32,397 nucleotides of DNA from Coniocarpon cinnabarinum. Taxonomy: Eukaryota. A model generated the notes under the pieces. It made no database searches. It saw only the letters and a list, made by a program, of their open reading frames with translations, and was not told where the DNA came from. How positions within the stretch are numbered: position 1 is the first letter of the stretch; the number at the start of each line of letters is the position of its first letter. Shown here piece after piece: positions 1 to 10,417 of this stretch. The stretch covers positions 62,001 to 94,397 of the forward strand of contig JAVECO010000088.1 of assembly GCA_051942205.1 (NCBI GenBank). Direction: 5' to 3'. Made by a program: the position numbers and the translations under genes.

Positions 1-2
1 CA

Positions 3-3000
3 CTGAATCCGCTTGAAAACCTGTCACCTGCACTGACACGACCGAGTTCATCTCGGTCTCTGAAGTCGTTGAGTGGCCGACCAATGTCTTCGAGCCATCG
101 GCAACGGCGTTCTCTTCACCAACACATGAGAAGTTTTCCTTCGAATTACACGAATGCAACCATTGACGAATCTAAAAGTCAAGGCAATTCTGGAAACATC
201 GGTGAAGCCGGCCATCCAGATGAGATCATCGATCCTGATCTCGCTCCGTTCATGTCAGATGAAGGCTCCAGTGACGAAGAACCTCTTAGCATCGCTGCTG
301 CTATGGGAGGAAATCCTCAGGAAAGTCATAATCCGGCGGGCGTTGGGAGTGCTCATGGCCTCGTGCGGAAGTCGCGACCGCGGCCCGTCTCTTCGCGAAG
401 CATCTTCGACCCAAGTCTGCGACCACGCGACCCGGAAACAGCAAGCATTCGAAGTTCACGACCTGGCACTCGGCGTCGAACTACTGCAAGAACTATGAGC
501 ATGGGTAGTACCATGGCTTGGCCGCCCATGTCGCCTCGCATTGTGCGAAGCGGGAATCTCTTCACAGATGACCAAGGATTCTTTGGATCCACTACTAGCC
601 TCGTCACTGACGAAGGACACGTTCCACACACTGAGGCTCAACAATCTGGACAAAACCAGCAAGGACCGTCGTTCGCGGAACTCAATATGACTAGCCTTCA
701 ACATGTGCGAACCCTGCTGAAGCAACTTTTATCAGACGCAAACATCCAGGATTCGAGACGCTGGGAGAAGGCTCTTGTGCCTCTACTGCTTCGATGCGCA
801 GAAGAGATTGATCCAAATATTCAGCGTGGTGACGACATTGACATTAGGCACTACATCAAATTAAAGAAGGTCCCACAGGGTCGTCCACGAGACACTGCAT
901 ACGTTTCTGGTGTGGTATTCTCCAAGAACATGGCCAAGAAAGGCATGAGACGCTCTATACCGTATGCTCGACTCTTACTTGTGTCGTTTCCGATTGTGTA
1001 TGCGCGCCATCAGCAGCACTTCATGAGTCTAGATGCGGTCATCGCTCAGGAGAAGGAATACCTTCGCAACTTGGTTCGCCGAATAATAGCTTTGAAACCG
1101 GATGTCGTTCTTGTGCAGAAGCAAGTGTCAGGTTTAGCTCTAGACCTGTTGCGAGATGCCGACATCACTGTTGCTTACAATGTCAAAGAATCTGTCCTTC
1201 ATGCTGTATCTCGATGTACTCACTCGAGGATCATCACTTCAGTGGACAAACTCTCAATGGACGCCAAGCACCTTGGCTCATGTGAACAATTTGACATCAA
1301 GACTTTCTCTTTTGGCAACTACAAGAAGACATACTTTTTCGTGTCTGGTTGTCAACGAGACCTGGGTTGCACCATAGTGCTTCGAGGTGGCGATCTTCAG
1401 ACCCTCACCAAAATGAAGTGGATCACTGAGTTCATGTGTTACGTGGTATACAATCTGAAGCTTGAGACGTCCTTGATCAGAGATCAGTTTAGCTTGGCCT
1501 CATCAACTTCAGCAGACTCTGACACGGCTAACAACTCACCAATATTCCTCCCAAAGGCTGGGAATGGGAACGGAGAAGAAGAAGCCACTACGGGTGTCAC
1601 AAACGGAGTTACCAAGGTCACGCTGCAGACCGCGACCGATATGTCTACTGACAAATCCTCTGAGTCGATGTCTGACTTCCGCAAGACATTCGAAGAGCTG
1701 GATCGTCGAGTTCTTTCGATCTCTCCCTCTGTGAAACTTGCAAAACCGGAACTTGTTACGCAAGGCCTTAATTTCGAAACTGACCTCTACAAATTCCGAA
1801 CTGAACATCAGAAGCTGGTTGAAAGCCTGGCACAGAAGACGACTCCGACTAATAACAAACGTTTTGAGCTTGTGGAAGCCGATGTGCTCAAGTCCAAAGC
1901 TGAAGAGATTTCTCCATCAGAGACAAAGGCACTGCTTGCGATACGATCTGCTGAGCGCTTGAAAGTAGATCAACAGTATGCGGTTCTGCGACGCCGTTGG
2001 GAAACGTTCATCTCTGGCGCTCGAGATCCTCTTAGTCCTCTCTCTCATCAACAAATAGTTGTACTTCTTAGTGTCGTCTCATATCCATCGATGAACGCAT
2101 GCGAAGGACCTGATTTGCTCTCACTGGGATTCTATCAGGAACACAATGTCGATGATGACTGGGAGCCTGACATGCCTCTGGGCGAATACGTTGAAAGGCT
2201 TTGCGAGCAAGCCAATTCTCCTTGTCTAGCGTCAAGGTGCGACAAGAAAATGATCAACCATCATCGACGCTATGTCCATGGCGAAGGTCAAATTGAGGTC
2301 GTAACCCAGTCTTTGCCCGCCAAAGTTCGTGGTATGGAGAACACGATCCTGATGTGGAGCGTCTGTCAGGAATGCTCGCAGGAGACACCGGTTGTACCAA
2401 TGTCGCGCAACACGTGGAAATACTCGTTTGCGAAATACCTGGAGCTCTCGTTTTGGAGTCGCAAAATCGAACCTCGTGCAGGTATCTGTCCTCACGATAT
2501 CAGCAAGTCTCACAAGCGTTTTTTCGGCTTTCGAAACCTGGCTGTCAGCGTAACTTACGACGTGGTCAAGGTTATGGAAGTGAGCATGCCCAAAGATCAT
2601 GTGTCTTGGCTCGTTGAGAAGGACCTCCCGATGAAGAACGGTGAGTTTACGCGGATTAAGGAACGACTTGAGCGATTCATGGCCTCTGTCACAACACGAA
2701 TTGACAGCATCAAGCTCGAGAGCGTTAGAGCAGAAGATCTTGAAAAGTGCAAGCTTGAGCTTGAATCTTATCGAGGTCGGGTCAAGGATGAACGTGAACT
2801 TCTCCTGAGCAGACTTCAAGTCAAGTACCAGGAATCGAAGTACTACGAGGTGATCCCGCTTAATCGAGCAGTACGCGCAATACAAGAGAAGGTCGGAGAA
2901 TGGGTCAGAACCTTTGCAGAATTTGAAAAGAGGTATTTTCCGTCTGAGAAAGACATACGCAAGTTGGCTGCACAACAGTTGAAGAATGTCTACCTCGCAC

Positions 3001-5486
3001 GGACTGAGATGGCTGAAAAGGAGCGCTTCGAAGAGAAGCAAGGGAATCTGGTGGCCGATGCTCCGACAGACATACACACTCTGCCCGATCCCTTGTCAGA
3101 AAAGTCTGAGCTTCAGCTCCATGACCAAGAGAAGCAAGGTCTCCCTATTCCCGAGCGAACGGGGGATCAGGGTCTTCAGTATGGTAGTGTTCAGCTTGAT
3201 GCGTCAGCTAAGAGCCCGGCACATCGTGTATTTGACGAATTAGACTTGGCGGAAAGTCCTAGCACGCCCATCACGCGGGACAGAGTCGCTAACGCTGATC
3301 TTACGGTTGGTCAAGCATTCCGACCGGGCTATCAGATGTCTGGAAACCTCTCGTTCCAAGATCACAAATCTGATGAAAAAGATGGAACGACATGTCCAGA
3401 TGCTGAGGTCGAAGTGATTGACCATGAAAGAGCCAAATCATTGCGGCGTCGTGGTGGACGCGTATCCCCTGTTTTAGTACGCTCTCGCACGCAGCCAACT
3501 TCCGTGGATCGCAGTGCTTCGCCGAGTCCACAAGTTGCAGAGCCGGCCAAAGTCAATCCGGTGAAGCAAGGCAATCAAAGCTTCATCCCAGTTGCAAAGG
3601 GTCTTGGTCCACCAGTGCAGCCCTCCACTGGCGACGTCAAACAAACAGCTCCCACAACAAGCGCTGCCTCTCACAGAGTTCACGGTCCTTCGATGATTCC
3701 CAAGCCCAAGCATCGGATCAATTCCAAGGTCACTGCGCTCGCCAGGCATTTTGAGCAAATGAGCCGGGAATTCGAACGTGAAAGACTTCGCGAGCGGCGA
3801 CAGCGAGCGGCTCGTGTTCAACAGGCTCGCGTTTATTCGACGGCGTCTGTGCAGCCCATTGTGGAGGTTTTTGAAGACGCGCAGGATGCAGTCCGTGCAA
3901 ACGAGCTTGGGAAATATGGCGATCCTGAAACAGGTAATGACATGTCTAGCCATACTCCTCTGACCTCTGGGGCGTTGGCACATGCAGTAGGAGCCGACGA
4001 GGCTGCCACATATATCCAACACAAGTTGGAGGGCGCCCATTATGGAGGCGATTCGCCAGAAGACATCAGGAGTGAGCGCAGTACCTTGAATGCCGCAAAC
4101 AATTTTTCAGATAATGAGGTAATGCCTAGTGATATTGAGCCCTCGGCACTGACCGATACAGAAGAGCCTGTCGGTGTTCATGAGGGCGGAACAGAGCCAT
4201 TCGAAGAAACCCAGACAGAGCTTGTGGATATTTCAAAGCATGATAAGGTCTCCATCATGAGAATGCTATCCAGCTTTTGGTCGGAGAGGTCTGCCAGTGG
4301 ATGGGCTGCTCTGGAGTATCCACTCGCCGGCACCGATCATATTTTTGGTGATCAAGACGTCATTCTTCGTGAGGACGAGCTCAGCTCTCTGATCGCTTTC
4401 TCGCTTGAGTCTGCAGACTACAGGTCGAAATGCAAGAACTTCAGAGAGCGAGCTAAGCTTCAACCGACCTCGCCCAGGGAGCCCCAGCCGGTGGACACGG
4501 ACGTGGAGAATACACTTCTGGGCGAGACCGCAACTCACCTCACTTATCGATGGGCGGCTGGCCCTGCAAAAATGGAGTGTCGAATACTCTTCGCGGAAGG
4601 CTTCGATGCCATGCGCTTGCGGTGTGGAGTGTCTGAACGTTTCGTGGAGTCACTCTCGCGCTGTGTGAAGTGGGACTCTCGCGGCGGCAAGTCCAGGTCG
4701 ATCTTCCTCAAGACGATGGATGAGCGCTTCATTGTCAAGTCTCTGCCTGAAGTAGAGGCTCAAGCATTCGTACGCTTTGCGCCCGACTACTTCGACTACA
4801 TGACCAAGTGTCTCTTCCACAGTCTACCCTCCGCCATAGCCAAGATCCTGGGTCTCTACCACATCAACATCAAGAACCCAGTCACCGGCGTCGAGTTCAC
4901 CGGTTACTTACAAGTCATGGAAAACGTGTTCTACGAAGGACCTTCTAACAGAATGTTCGATCTCAAAGGCTCCATGAGGAATCGCCGCGCACAAAGCACC
5001 GGTGAGCGGAACGAGGTCCTCCTCGACGAGAATCTGCTCGATTACCTCTTCCAAACACCCATCTACATCAAAAACCACTCAAACAGCTTTCTGACGTCCA
5101 GCATCTCGAATGACACTCTCTTCTGCGCGAAACAAAACGTCATGGACTACAGTCTCATCGTCGGTCTTCACGACGACAGGCGCGAGCTGGTGGTCGGGAT
5201 TATTGATTATATTCGGACCTATACTTGGGACAAGAAGCTGGAGTCGTGGATCAAAGATCGAGGCAAGAACAAGCCGACGGTCAGGAGTCCCCGAGACTAT
5301 CGGAATCGGTTCCGGACGTCGATTGCGAATTACTTCCCTCTGGCGCCGAGTTGCTGGCAGATTTTTGGACGGCATCGCGTGGAGCCTTCGCGTGCATTTT
5401 GGGATTCGATTGGGGTTACGCAGACTGCCGGAGTGGAGGGCAATACAAGTGCGACTGTGAACGACGCAGCGGCGGAGGCGGAGTAG
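3..5486 (+). CDS. FAB1: 1-phosphatidylinositol-3-phosphate 5-kinase (Fab1/PIKfyve), 5'-partial
   Basis: The frame is open from the window start (LNPLENLSP...) to TAG 5486 with no intron needed. It has a Cpn60/TCP-1-like domain (DDIDIRHYIKLKKV..GVVFSKN..GCTIVLRGG), a Cys/His-rich CCR region (HHRRYVHGEG, CQEC, SFAKYLELSF, CPHD) and a C-terminal PIPK domain (WDSRGGKSRSIFLKTMDERF, MENVF, FDLKGS, VMDYSL, GIIDYIRTYTWDKKLESW). The FYVE domain is presumably upstream of the window. Confidence 0.97.
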   Translation: MNPLENLSPALTRPSSSRSLKSLSGRPMSSSHRQRRSLHQHMRSFPSNYTNATIDESKSQGNSGNIGEAGHPDEIIDPDLAPFMSDEGSSDEEPLSIAAAMGGNPQESHNPAGVGSAHGLVRKSRPRPVSSRSIFDPSLRPRDPETASIRSSRPGTRRRTTARTMSMGSTMAWPPMSPRIVRSGNLFTDDQGFFGSTTSLVTDEGHVPHTEAQQSGQNQQGPSFAELNMTSLQHVRTLLKQLLSDANIQDSRRWEKALVPLLLRCAEEIDPNIQRGDDIDIRHYIKLKKVPQGRPRDTAYVSGVVFSKNMAKKGMRRSIPYARLLLVSFPIVYARHQQHFMSLDAVIAQEKEYLRNLVRRIIALKPDVVLVQKQVSGLALDLLRDADITVAYNVKESVLHAVSRCTHSRIITSVDKLSMDAKHLGSCEQFDIKTFSFGNYKKTYFFVSGCQRDLGCTIVLRGGDLQTLTKMKWITEFMCYVVYNLKLETSLIRDQFSLASSTSADSDTANNSPIFLPKAGNGNGEEEATTGVTNGVTKVTLQTATDMSTDKSSESMSDFRKTFEELDRRVLSISPSVKLAKPELVTQGLNFETDLYKFRTEHQKLVESLAQKTTPTNNKRFELVEADVLKSKAEEISPSETKALLAIRSAERLKVDQQYAVLRRRWETFISGARDPLSPLSHQQIVVLLSVVSYPSMNACEGPDLLSLGFYQEHNVDDDWEPDMPLGEYVERLCEQANSPCLASRCDKKMINHHRRYVHGEGQIEVVTQSLPAKVRGMENTILMWSVCQECSQETPVVPMSRNTWKYSFAKYLELSFWSRKIEPRAGICPHDISKSHKRFFGFRNLAVSVTYDVVKVMEVSMPKDHVSWLVEKDLPMKNGEFTRIKERLERFMASVTTRIDSIKLESVRAEDLEKCKLELESYRGRVKDERELLLSRLQVKYQESKYYEVIPLNRAVRAIQEKVGEWVRTFAEFEKRYFPSEKDIRKLAAQQLKNVYLARTEMAEKERFEEKQGNLVADAPTDIHTLPDPLSEKSELQLHDQEKQGLPIPERTGDQGLQYGSVQLDASAKSPAHRVFDELDLAESPSTPITRDRVANADLTVGQAFRPGYQMSGNLSFQDHKSDEKDGTTCPDAEVEVIDHERAKSLRRRGGRVSPVLVRSRTQPTSVDRSASPSPQVAEPAKVNPVKQGNQSFIPVAKGLGPPVQPSTGDVKQTAPTTSAASHRVHGPSMIPKPKHRINSKVTALARHFEQMSREFERERLRERRQRAARVQQARVYSTASVQPIVEVFEDAQDAVRANELGKYGDPETGNDMSSHTPLTSGALAHAVGADEAATYIQHKLEGAHYGGDSPEDIRSERSTLNAANNFSDNEVMPSDIEPSALTDTEEPVGVHEGGTEPFEETQTELVDISKHDKVSIMRMLSSFWSERSASGWAALEYPLAGTDHIFGDQDVILREDELSSLIAFSLESADYRSKCKNFRERAKLQPTSPREPQPVDTDVENTLLGETATHLTYRWAAGPAKMECRILFAEGFDAMRLRCGVSERFVESLSRCVKWDSRGGKSRSIFLKTMDERFIVKSLPEVEAQAFVRFAPDYFDYMTKCLFHSLPSAIAKILGLYHINIKNPVTGVEFTGYLQVMENVFYEGPSNRMFDLKGSMRNRRAQSTGERNEVLLDENLLDYLFQTPIYIKNHSNSFLTSSISNDTLFCAKQNVMDYSLIVGLHDDRRELVVGIIDYIRTYTWDKKLESWIKDRGKNKPTVRSPRDYRNRFRTSIANYFPLAPSCWQIFGRHRVEPSRAFWDSIGVTQTAGVEGNTSATVNDAAAEAE

Positions 5487-5575
5487 GACGGTGTTGAGTC
5501 AATGTGGGACATGTGTTGTTGGTCATTTCAATGCAAAAAGGAGTTTGCGGACTTGAGTTTGGGAAATGGGATACA

Positions 5576-5645
5576 GCATTGCATTGCGTTGCATAGCGCA
5601 GCATGGCAAAGCACAGCACAGCACAGCACAGCATGGCATGGTATG
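5576..5645 (+). repeat. Degenerate pentanucleotide microsatellite (GCAYN-like) x14
   Basis: gcatt gcatt gcgtt gcata gcgca gcatg gcaaa gcaca gcaca gcaca gcaca gcatg gcatg gtatg, about 90 bp after the FAB1 stop. Confidence 0.85.
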
Positions 5646-5989
5646 GCGACGATGTATCAATAGAGGCGATGACTGGATGCGACATGAGGGATGATTACGT
5701 GTCTGGCTGCATCTGGTTTGTACACTTGAGCATGGTGTCGTACATAATGATTGACATGAACAGAAGTTTCTCTCGGCGTCCTTCTTCATCGTGGAATCTG
5801 TGGTGAATCCAAAGCGGCTTGATTCAAAGTAGCTCAGAGACGTGTTTAGGTTGAAGTACTCTAGTGGAGAGAAGCCGCAGTCTTGCGTTGCCCGTTGTGA
5901 AATGCTGACATGTGGCAGCTGGCAGCTGCTGCAAAAGCTATTGACAAATGCCTAGGCATCTTGGGTTCAAAGCATTGCGGTCCAACGCT

Positions 5990-6330
5990 TGTCGTACCGC
6001 AGCTTGTGCACCACATTTTGTGTAATGCACTAATCGTACCATACGCAGCGTATTGTGTCTACCGACCCCGTGTACTGTATCGTGTACGTCGTATCATGTA
6101 CGCTATATTGTGTGCTTCGCATGTATCGCATCGAGTGTACCGTATTGAGTGTACCGTATTATCTGGACTGTACCGGATGCACCGTGCCATGAGCACCACA
6201 TCGTGGGCGCTGCATCTGCGGTATCACCAGTTGTGCACCGCGTCTTATGCACCGCCAGTCGTACGGAGTTCACTTATACCAACGCATCCACGGCGACTGC
6301 TTGCACAACATATATTTGCACAACAGAGCG
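5990..6330 (+). repeat. Degenerate TGYACCG-type low-complexity repeat tract
   Basis: Many TGTACCG/TGCACCG/TGTATCG variants. Perfect 14-bp tandem GAGTGTACCGTATT at 6133-6146 and 6147-6160. TTGCACAACA at 6301 and 6316. Confidence 0.65.
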
Positions 6331-6445
6331 GACCAATGACGCTCGGGAGCGGATCCAGATGCTGCACCTCAGCGTTCACGTTCTCGTGCTCGAGCGCACA
6401 GGCAAAGTTAGCGCTCGTGTTGCCAATGATCAGCTGAAATTATTG

Positions 6446-6660
6446 CCTGTGGTGCTGATAAAAAAGCGATGGTTTACCGCTTTGGGCACAATGGACGGAC
6501 ACCTTCACCTGTGTTGCGCATTGGCGATTGATACTATACCCTGTGTTGCACATGGTGGATTGAAACCTTTACCTGTGTGGCACGTATGTAATGATGCCAT
6601 TACCTGTGTTGTGTATAACGGATACCAATCCCTGTGTCGCGTGTCGATGACCTCGCATTC
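6446..6660 (+). repeat. Degenerate ~31-bp minisatellite-like array with conserved CCTGTGTTGC core
   Basis: Core starts at 6446, (6477 degenerate), 6508, 6540, 6572, 6603 and 6631, giving spacings of 31, 31, 32, 32, 31 and 28. Outlying cores at 6930 and 7048. Confidence 0.75.
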
Positions 6661-8826
6661 GCCGAGCAAGTCCATTGGATTCTGTGCTCCTCTCGTCAAA
6701 TGGCCATGAGCACATTGACGAACAGGCAGTGGCCACGGTGAGCCCCAAGACTTCTTGCTCAAACGTCCGATGTACACAAGACACAGGTGTCCCTTTGGTT
6801 GGGCGGCCATGATCTCCTGCGTTGCGAGTTGATCACCGAGAACCCCACATTGAATCCTGGTTCTGATGTGAATGGTAGACGAGATTTCTAAGTGCCTCTG
6901 GCCGAACCGCTGGGGATGTGGCATCTGTGCCTGTGTTGCATGCAAACCATTACCGAGGATGGCGCAGTGGACTCCCGGTCTCTACGTGAGTTGTACACAA
7001 GACCTCTGTATTCCTCTGAGTCCCGGGCCATGAGCACATCATGATTACCTATGTGGCATATCAATCACCAAGGGTGGCGCATTGGGGCCCTGGTTCCTGC
7101 GTGAGTTGTTCACCAGACTCGACATCCGAGGGATCGGAGCGCTACCGAGTACGACAGACGGCCTGGTCTCCAGTAAGAAGAGTTTGGGCCTCTTCACGTA
7201 GATCGTGTGGACAAAACAAACCCACGGGTAAATCGAATAGGCGCGCTGCACTTGTTGACACCCCTTTGCGATGCAGGAGTTCCCCCACTCTGCATGCGCA
7301 TGCGGACGTGGCATGTCCAGGTACGATGCATGAAGGCTTCAGTCAGTAGGCGCGCATAAACCCTTCCGTTGCCACAAACGCGTCGCGAAAGGGCGCGGCA
7401 CCCAATCGCAAAGCGCCTGGGGAAACCGTGTCCATCGCCGCGTCGCGTTAGATATACGAGTTCGCCGGAGAATAAGCAGTCGCGTGCAAGTTTGGATGAT
7501 GCGCCGTCGCGGTGCAGGTATCCCCCGTCACTGCAGGTCTTCGGTCCTTGCAGACGGCCCAGCATCGGAGATCTTGCGGGCGCAGCCTCTATAAGGAGTA
7601 CAGGACTCCGGTATCGCAAGCGATAAGAGAGCAACAGTACAAGGGTGCAGTCTCACCAGTGCTGCATGTTTCAAGAGATGCAACCGAGAAAGGCCACTGC
7701 ATTGCCAAGCTGAGAAAGGGACCCTGCGAGCTTCCGTTCGTCCTTGTGTGCTGACCAGACTGACCCACTCTTGCGCGCGCACAGAGGAGGCGCCATGCAG
7801 GCCGCAAACGGCAGCACGAGGCACGGACTATACGCAACAGGCGCACCGTCACGAGGAGGATCACGCGCATTGCAGATGATCCTTCGGCCGCGCGCAGAAG
7901 CTCCTAGGTATTTTGCCGGACGTTCGCATCCACAGACCACGAGCGCAGCTGAGAGGGTCCAGTATCGAGTAACGTCCTCTGGAGACGCTTTCCAACTGCT
8001 GCTCCTGATTCGTCGCAAAGCGTTACCGCATCCGCACGGATAGCACCCGATCCGGCGAAAGCAAGAACATTGGCCGGGGTTCTGGCGGGCGAGCGCAGGC
8101 GACTAGTCAAATGGTGGGGAGAGGCCGAGTAAGCGCGGCATTTGCGTCAACAACGCGTGCGACCGGACTGCCACTGGTGTCATATGCCGTTCGGGGGAGC
8201 ATGGGGGGGGTTGCCTCTCTGCCTCTTGTCTCTCCCTCGATGCCCATTGCCGAGCTCCAAGGGCTCCTGGTCGCCCCCGTGGGACGCCGTGCTCGTACCT
8301 GTCTGTCACGCCGGCCTTGGGGCAAGATTGTGGCCTCCTGACATGGGTTGTAGCGGATGAGCATCGGGCGTAGAGCGCGCCTTGGAAGTTGCTTGTTCAG
8401 AAACCGAAGCTGCGCTGCGACGTCGACCAGGAGGAAGCTGACAGCTTTATTGCTTGCAATTTGCCCTCCAGACGGCTGCGGCGCAGAGCAAACTCTAGAA
8501 TCGGGACGTCCATTTGCACGGGTGGACGCCAAGGTCGAAGGAAGTCTAGTGTCTGGGGTTTAAAGGACGACGCTAAGGCGACCAACAGTCAATCATTTGC
8601 GCCGCAAGATGAACGGCAACATCAACTCACAATGTCGCCTCCGGAATCTCATGCTCGCTGTGTCTCATTGTTCCGAGAACACCCACCCTCGGGTCATTGC
8701 CTGTCTGTGTCTGTGGCCGTTGGGTGTCCTGAGCAGCGGCGAGGCTCAAACACAGAATCCATCAGCAGGTGGCAGCCGCATCATTGTTTGATATCATGGA
8801 TCACGCAGTCAATCGTGCATGCGAGC

Positions 8827-9145
8827 CTGGGGGTCAGCGCCCACAATGGCAACCATCCTCTTTGTGGAAGCCGGCATTTGGCCCTGCCTCTCCAGTCACC
8901 CAGTGAATCCACGCTATTGACAAATCCCACCGCCGTGGGGATTCGTCTGATTTGCCGACGAGGCAATCGATCTTCCACTCCTCCGCAAATCTCCACCTTT
9001 CGTCTCGCCTGAACCGGCCTGGCGTGTTGGCCCTTGCTCCTGCTACATTGCGATGCGCGCCGCCGAGCTCGAGTCTGGCTTGTGGATCCGTCGCCCACCC
9101 CCGCTGCTGCTGCACTGCACCGGTACCTTTATCAAGGGCCCGGGG
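8827..9145. promoter_or_regulatory. Cluster of SYGGRG (CreA/Mig1-type) motifs upstream of the acetate permease
   Basis: Matches on either strand at 8827, 8890, 8935, 8981, 8991, 9099 and 9140. The motif is short and degenerate and the region is GC-rich, so this is only suggestive. Confidence 0.3.
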
Positions 9146-9348
9146 ACCCCTGCTGCGTGTATCTTCTGTCAGGCCCTTGTCTCGTTGTACGTGGTGTCGT
9201 TGCGCTCAAGAGACTTAAGGCTCCGTCGCCGCGTCGCGTTGTGAGAGTGTGAGGTCGCTGCATTCCTTCCTATCTCAATTTCATACTTTTTGTTCTTATT
9301 CTTATCCTCCTTCCCGTTTTACATCAACACACAACACCCTCAGTGACA

Positions 9349-10359
9349 ATGGCCATGGAAGAGCGCAAACTCGACGGTGACAACTCCGGCATTGCCGGCA
9401 CCCAGAAGCAGCACCACCCATACGACTATGGCGGGAACCCGTTGGCCAAGGCGAACACTGCAGACACAATGTTGCCTGCTTTTGGAGGTAGCTTCCAGCC
9501 TGGTCTGTACAAGGCCGTCAAAGACCAAAAGATCGCCAACCCTGCTCCCCTCGGTCTCAGCGCTTTCGCCCTAACTACATTCCTTCTTTCATTGATCAAC
9601 TTGGGCACGCGCGGAACGAGCACACCCAATATTGTGGTTGGTGCTGCGTATGGCTATGGCGGTCTGGTGCAGCTGCTTGCCGGCATGTGGTACGTAAGGG
9701 CGACAGCCGCCAGGCTTCTCTGACAAGGATCCTCAAACGTTCTGGAAGGCTGACATCCGCTCTACAGGGAAATGGCTGTTGGTAACACATTCGGTGCCAC
9801 TGCTCTCTCATCGTATGGTGGCTTTTGGATCTCTTTCGCCATTGTTTTTACGCCTGGCGGTTTCAGCATCGAGGAAGCTTACACTTCCGGCGAGGGCGGT
9901 GCCAACGAGTTCATGACCGTGTTTGCCTTCTACCTGCTGGTAAGTCAACGATGCCTGCACACTGTTGTGAAGCTGTGATAGCTCAGCATGCTCTCTCGCA
10001 AATGCTGACGAGACGGACTCCAGGGCTGGTTCATCTTCACCTTCCTCATGCTTCTCTGCACTATCCGATCAACCGTGGCTTTCTTCTTCCTCTTCCTAAC
10101 GCTGGATCTCGCCTTCCTATGCCTGGGTATTGGCTACCTCGACCGACTGGGCCCCATGTCTGAGCCAAACCCGAAGCTGATCAAGGCTGGTGGTGGCTTT
10201 GGTATTCTGGCTGCCTTCACTGCGTGGTACAACGCTATTGCCGGTATCCTCGACCGCGGCAACAGCTTCTTCCTCGTCCCCGTGGCGCACTTCCCGTGGT
10301 CTGAGAAGGGCCGTGAGCGGAGGGGGAAGACAACCGATGATGTTGACAAAATGACGTGA
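9349..10359 (+). CDS. acpA: GPR1/FUN34/YaaH-family acetate transporter (AcpA/Ady2/Ato-like), ~282 aa
   Basis: Exons 9349-9689, 9768-9939 and 10024-10359 (introns GTACGT..CAG, GTAAGT..CAG). Family signature ANPAPLGLSAFALTTF, then [39 protein letters not shown] and AWYNAIAG. Orthologue versus paralogue is not resolved. Confidence 0.95.
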
Positions 10360-10384
10360 ACAGCTTGAATGTTTACACCGGTGG

Positions 10385-10417
10385 CTGTTTGGTTTAATTT
10401 GGTTCGGTTTGGCTTTG
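10385..10417 (+). repeat. Short degenerate (TTTGG)n tract in the 3' UTR
   Basis: ctgtttggtttaatttggttcggtttggctttg. Confidence 0.4.

Noticed and set aside
6446..7060. CRISPR array interpretation of the core-plus-variable-linker pattern
   Set aside because: The context is eukaryotic and there are no cas genes. The core is only ~10 bp, imperfect and non-palindromic, and the linkers are weakly related to each other.
7642..7745. TPP-riboswitch-like 5' half (GGGTGC...CTGAGA...ACCC)
   Set aside because: The conserved GAACYTGATC..TAAT..GCG..AGG half is missing, and it is not in an intron of a thiamine-related gene.
5910..9252. ORFs of 100-207 aa in the long intergenic region (e.g. 5910-6437, 6149-6709, 8389-9012)
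   Set aside because: They have no recognisable motifs and Cys/Arg/His-rich compositions typical of non-coding GC-rich or repeat DNA, and many start at non-ATG codons.
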